Assembly (NCBI GenBank): GCA_976551045.1
Contig: CDPCPM010000363.1
Coordinates: 2,170,001-2,234,000 of the forward strand
Length of the DNA: 64,000 nt
Source of the DNA: Glaucostegus cemiculus
Lineage: Eukaryota
Direction of reading: 5' to 3'
Shown here: positions 61,672-64,000 of the stretch, piece by piece
Numbering within the stretch: the first letter of the stretch is position 1
Layout of the letters: the number at the start of each line of letters is the position of its first letter
Translations under genes and position numbers: made by a program
The notes under the pieces: model-generated
What the model was told of the DNA's origin: nothing
The model's input: the letters and a program-made list of their open reading frames with translations, nothing else
The model's database searches: none

Positions 61672-62593
61672 TTTTCTCTTGTGCCAGTCCCTTGGGATGG
61701 AGGGTGATTTGTTCCCACTCAGGTTCAGTGGTTTCTGACTTGGCTGATTAGGCCAATGTGAGAAATGCAAACTCTTCCTAGGTGGGGCATGTAATGCCGA
61801 CAGAGCAGATGGGTGGGAGTTGGTGAGGTAGGGCGTTCCTTGCATCACTTACACAGGGCTTCTGTGTGCTCCAATTCCATGGCCCTGAGGTTCTCCATAT
61901 GGTCCTTTCCAATTTTCAGCAGTCACAAGCGAGACATTCCCAGGAGTCAGTGGAATGTGGGGTTTCTTCAGGGAGGTTTTGATCACACCCTTGAATCTTT
62001 TCCCCTGTACCCAACACAATGTAGGTGATGGAGAGTAACTCAGGCCCCAGTGTTGGGGATTTGTTGGCCTGGGAGAAGACACTGGCATTGGTTCACCTGT
62101 CCCCAGTGTATTTGGAGGACTTTGAAGAGACAGCATTGGTGGTATCTCTCAGATGCCTCGAGGTGCCTAGTGCTGGTAGTATAGGTCTCCGAAGCATAGA
62201 TGAGGGCAAGATTCACCCATTGACCGTAAGTTTTGTATCAGGTCTGAAGTCTCAGTCTTCAATTCCTCAATTAACCATAAACTGTGCTGACGCCTTGAAG
62301 GCATAGTCAATTTAATCGCTGATGCCTATCTTTCCAAGAGATTGCTCCCAAGATATGGGAAATGGTTCATGTTGTCCAGGATCCGCTGTGAACCTTTATT
62401 GTCAGAGAGCAGTGTGGTACAGTGGGGCTGGCAAGTGGAGGGCCTTGGTCTTGCAGGTGTTAAGGCCCATCCTCTCATTTACTTTGGTGAATGAGTCGAC
62501 AATGGCTTGGAGCTCAGCCACTGAGCATGCTCAAACACAAAAATTGCGCACTGCAGCTCAGCTACTGAGGCTTGAGTGACTTTGGTTCTGGAG
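61672..62593 (-). mobile_element. RTE-clade LINE 3' fragment, running into the gap
   Basis: Frameshifted AELQAIVDSF, HFPYLGS, KILQIHW, KRFKGVIKTSLK and terminal ..SHIGLISQVRNH motifs. Confidence 0.8.
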
Positions 62594-62745
62594 NNNNNNN
62601 NNNNNNNNNNNNNNNNNNNNNNNNNNNNNNNNNNNNNNNNNNNNNNNNNNNNNNNNNNNNNNNNNNNNNNNNNNNNNNNNNNNNNNNNNNNNNNNNNNNN
62701 NNNNNNNNNNNNNNNNNNNNNNNNNNNNNNNNNNNNNNNNNNNNN
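62594..62745. other. Assembly gap (152 N)
   Basis: Run of N. Confidence 1.
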
Positions 62746-62949
62746 GTCTCAGGGTATTTCGCACTCACATTCAGTTTGAGGGGGAGTCCAAGACCAATAT
62801 TTTAATCTCAAGTAAGAGGAGTTAGGAGGCTATATAATCAGAACTGGCTAAAGTGAACTGACAAATCGAGTCAAGGGATCAGTAGCAATATATGTGTCTG
62901 GGGTCTTTCAGAACACACAGAATTGATGAGTTTCAGTGTGAATGGAAAA

Positions 62950-64000
62950 TTCTAAGAGCTGGACCCACCATCTGTGGTTTACTGAAATAACTTAAAAGAA
63001 TACATATAATTGCAGAAAGACACTTGAGAGTTTAGAAGGTTGAACAGAATATAAAAAAGCAAAAAAAATTACAAACCAATTAATAAGGAAAAAAATAGTA
63101 CCAGAGAGAAAAACTACCTTGAAATGTGAAAACGAGGAGTACAAATTTCCACAGATGTTTATAAAGGAAAAGAGTCAACAAAGTGAGCATTGGTCAAAAA
63201 GAAAATATGTCTGGGGAATTAATAATGGAAAATAAGGAGATGACAAATGAATGAAACAAGCATTTTGCCTCAGTCTTTACTACAGAGGATATATTGAGTA
63301 ACATGCCAGATATAGCTGTGAATCAGGAATTAGAGGGGAAGGAGGGACTCAGGAAAATTACAGTCACCAGGGAAGTTGTCCTGAGGAAATTGTTGGGACT
63401 GTAGGATGAGTTCCAATGGATTTCACCCTTGAGGTGGCTGTTGAGACAGTTGATGCATTAGTTATAACTTTCTAAATGCTCTCAGTCCAGGGAAGGTTCC
63501 ATTAGATCACAAAATAGTGAACGTTATTCAAAAAGGAAGGGAGACAGAAAACAGGAAACTATGGGCCAGATATGAGACTATGGATTATATATCCTAATAT
63601 ATGTCACAGGGAAAAGTATTAGAAGCTACTATTACAGATGTTATATTAGGACACTCAGAAAATTGAAAGTAACAGGCAGAATCAAAGTGTTGTGAAAGTT
63701 TTTCCAATGAAGGAGGTGATTTGTGTTTGCCACTTGTTCTATTGTAAATCAGCTGCATGCAGATTACCACAGGGAGAGACATGGGTCAGTTAATAACTTC
63801 TGGGACACCCACAGCAGTTGTGCTGTGAGTTTTGTGAGCAAATATGGTGTTGTAAAAGGGAATCACGTTCGACCAGTTTACCAGAGTTCTTTGAAGAAGT
63901 AACACGTGTGTGGATAAAGGGGAACTGGTAGATATACCATACTTAGATTTTCAGAAGAGGCTGGCAAACATGCTGCATGAAAATGTGGGAAATAAATGAT
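62950..64000 (+). mobile_element. Decayed CR1 ORF2 fragment
   Basis: N..FASVFT, FKKEGRQKTGNYGP, LPEFFEEVT..DKGELVDI.YLDFQK. Confidence 0.75.

Noticed and set aside
62558-62805. ORFs spanning the N run
   Set aside because: Assembly gap artefact.

Overview
Vertebrate genomic DNA, repeat-rich and almost all non-coding. The repeat landscape (HE1-type V-SINEs, HER1/CR1 LINEs, Deu-domain SINEs, Penelope-like hairpins) suggests a cartilaginous fish, probably a ray or shark; this is an inference. The only host gene I can support is the 5' part of STK26 (MST4, a GCK-III Ste20-like kinase) on the minus strand. It has a CpG-rich promoter at ~51.3-51.7 kb, a 42-nt first coding exon (MAQSPVAVAVPGMQ, 51435-51476), a 42-kb intron, and a 231-nt kinase exon (9163-9393). 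I did not find the later exons, which probably lie left of the window. The rest is nested fragments of CR1, Rex1/Babar, L1, Tx1, RTE and Penelope-like retroelements, SINEs, a Tigger-type MITE, minisatellites and one assembly gap. Most ORFs in the supplied track are noise or LINE debris. The most notable observations are: (1) Penelope-derived hairpin elements carrying decayed hammerhead-ribozyme motifs; (2) a candidate alternative in-frame first exon of STK26 at 39828-39869; (3) a V-SINE with a Rex1/Babar-type 3' tail; (4) a templated copy of flanking DNA inside a Penelope insertion; (5) a ~230-bp inverted duplication in the intron. All calls were made by eye with no database search, and repeat boundaries are approximate unless a target-site duplication (TSD) is quoted.
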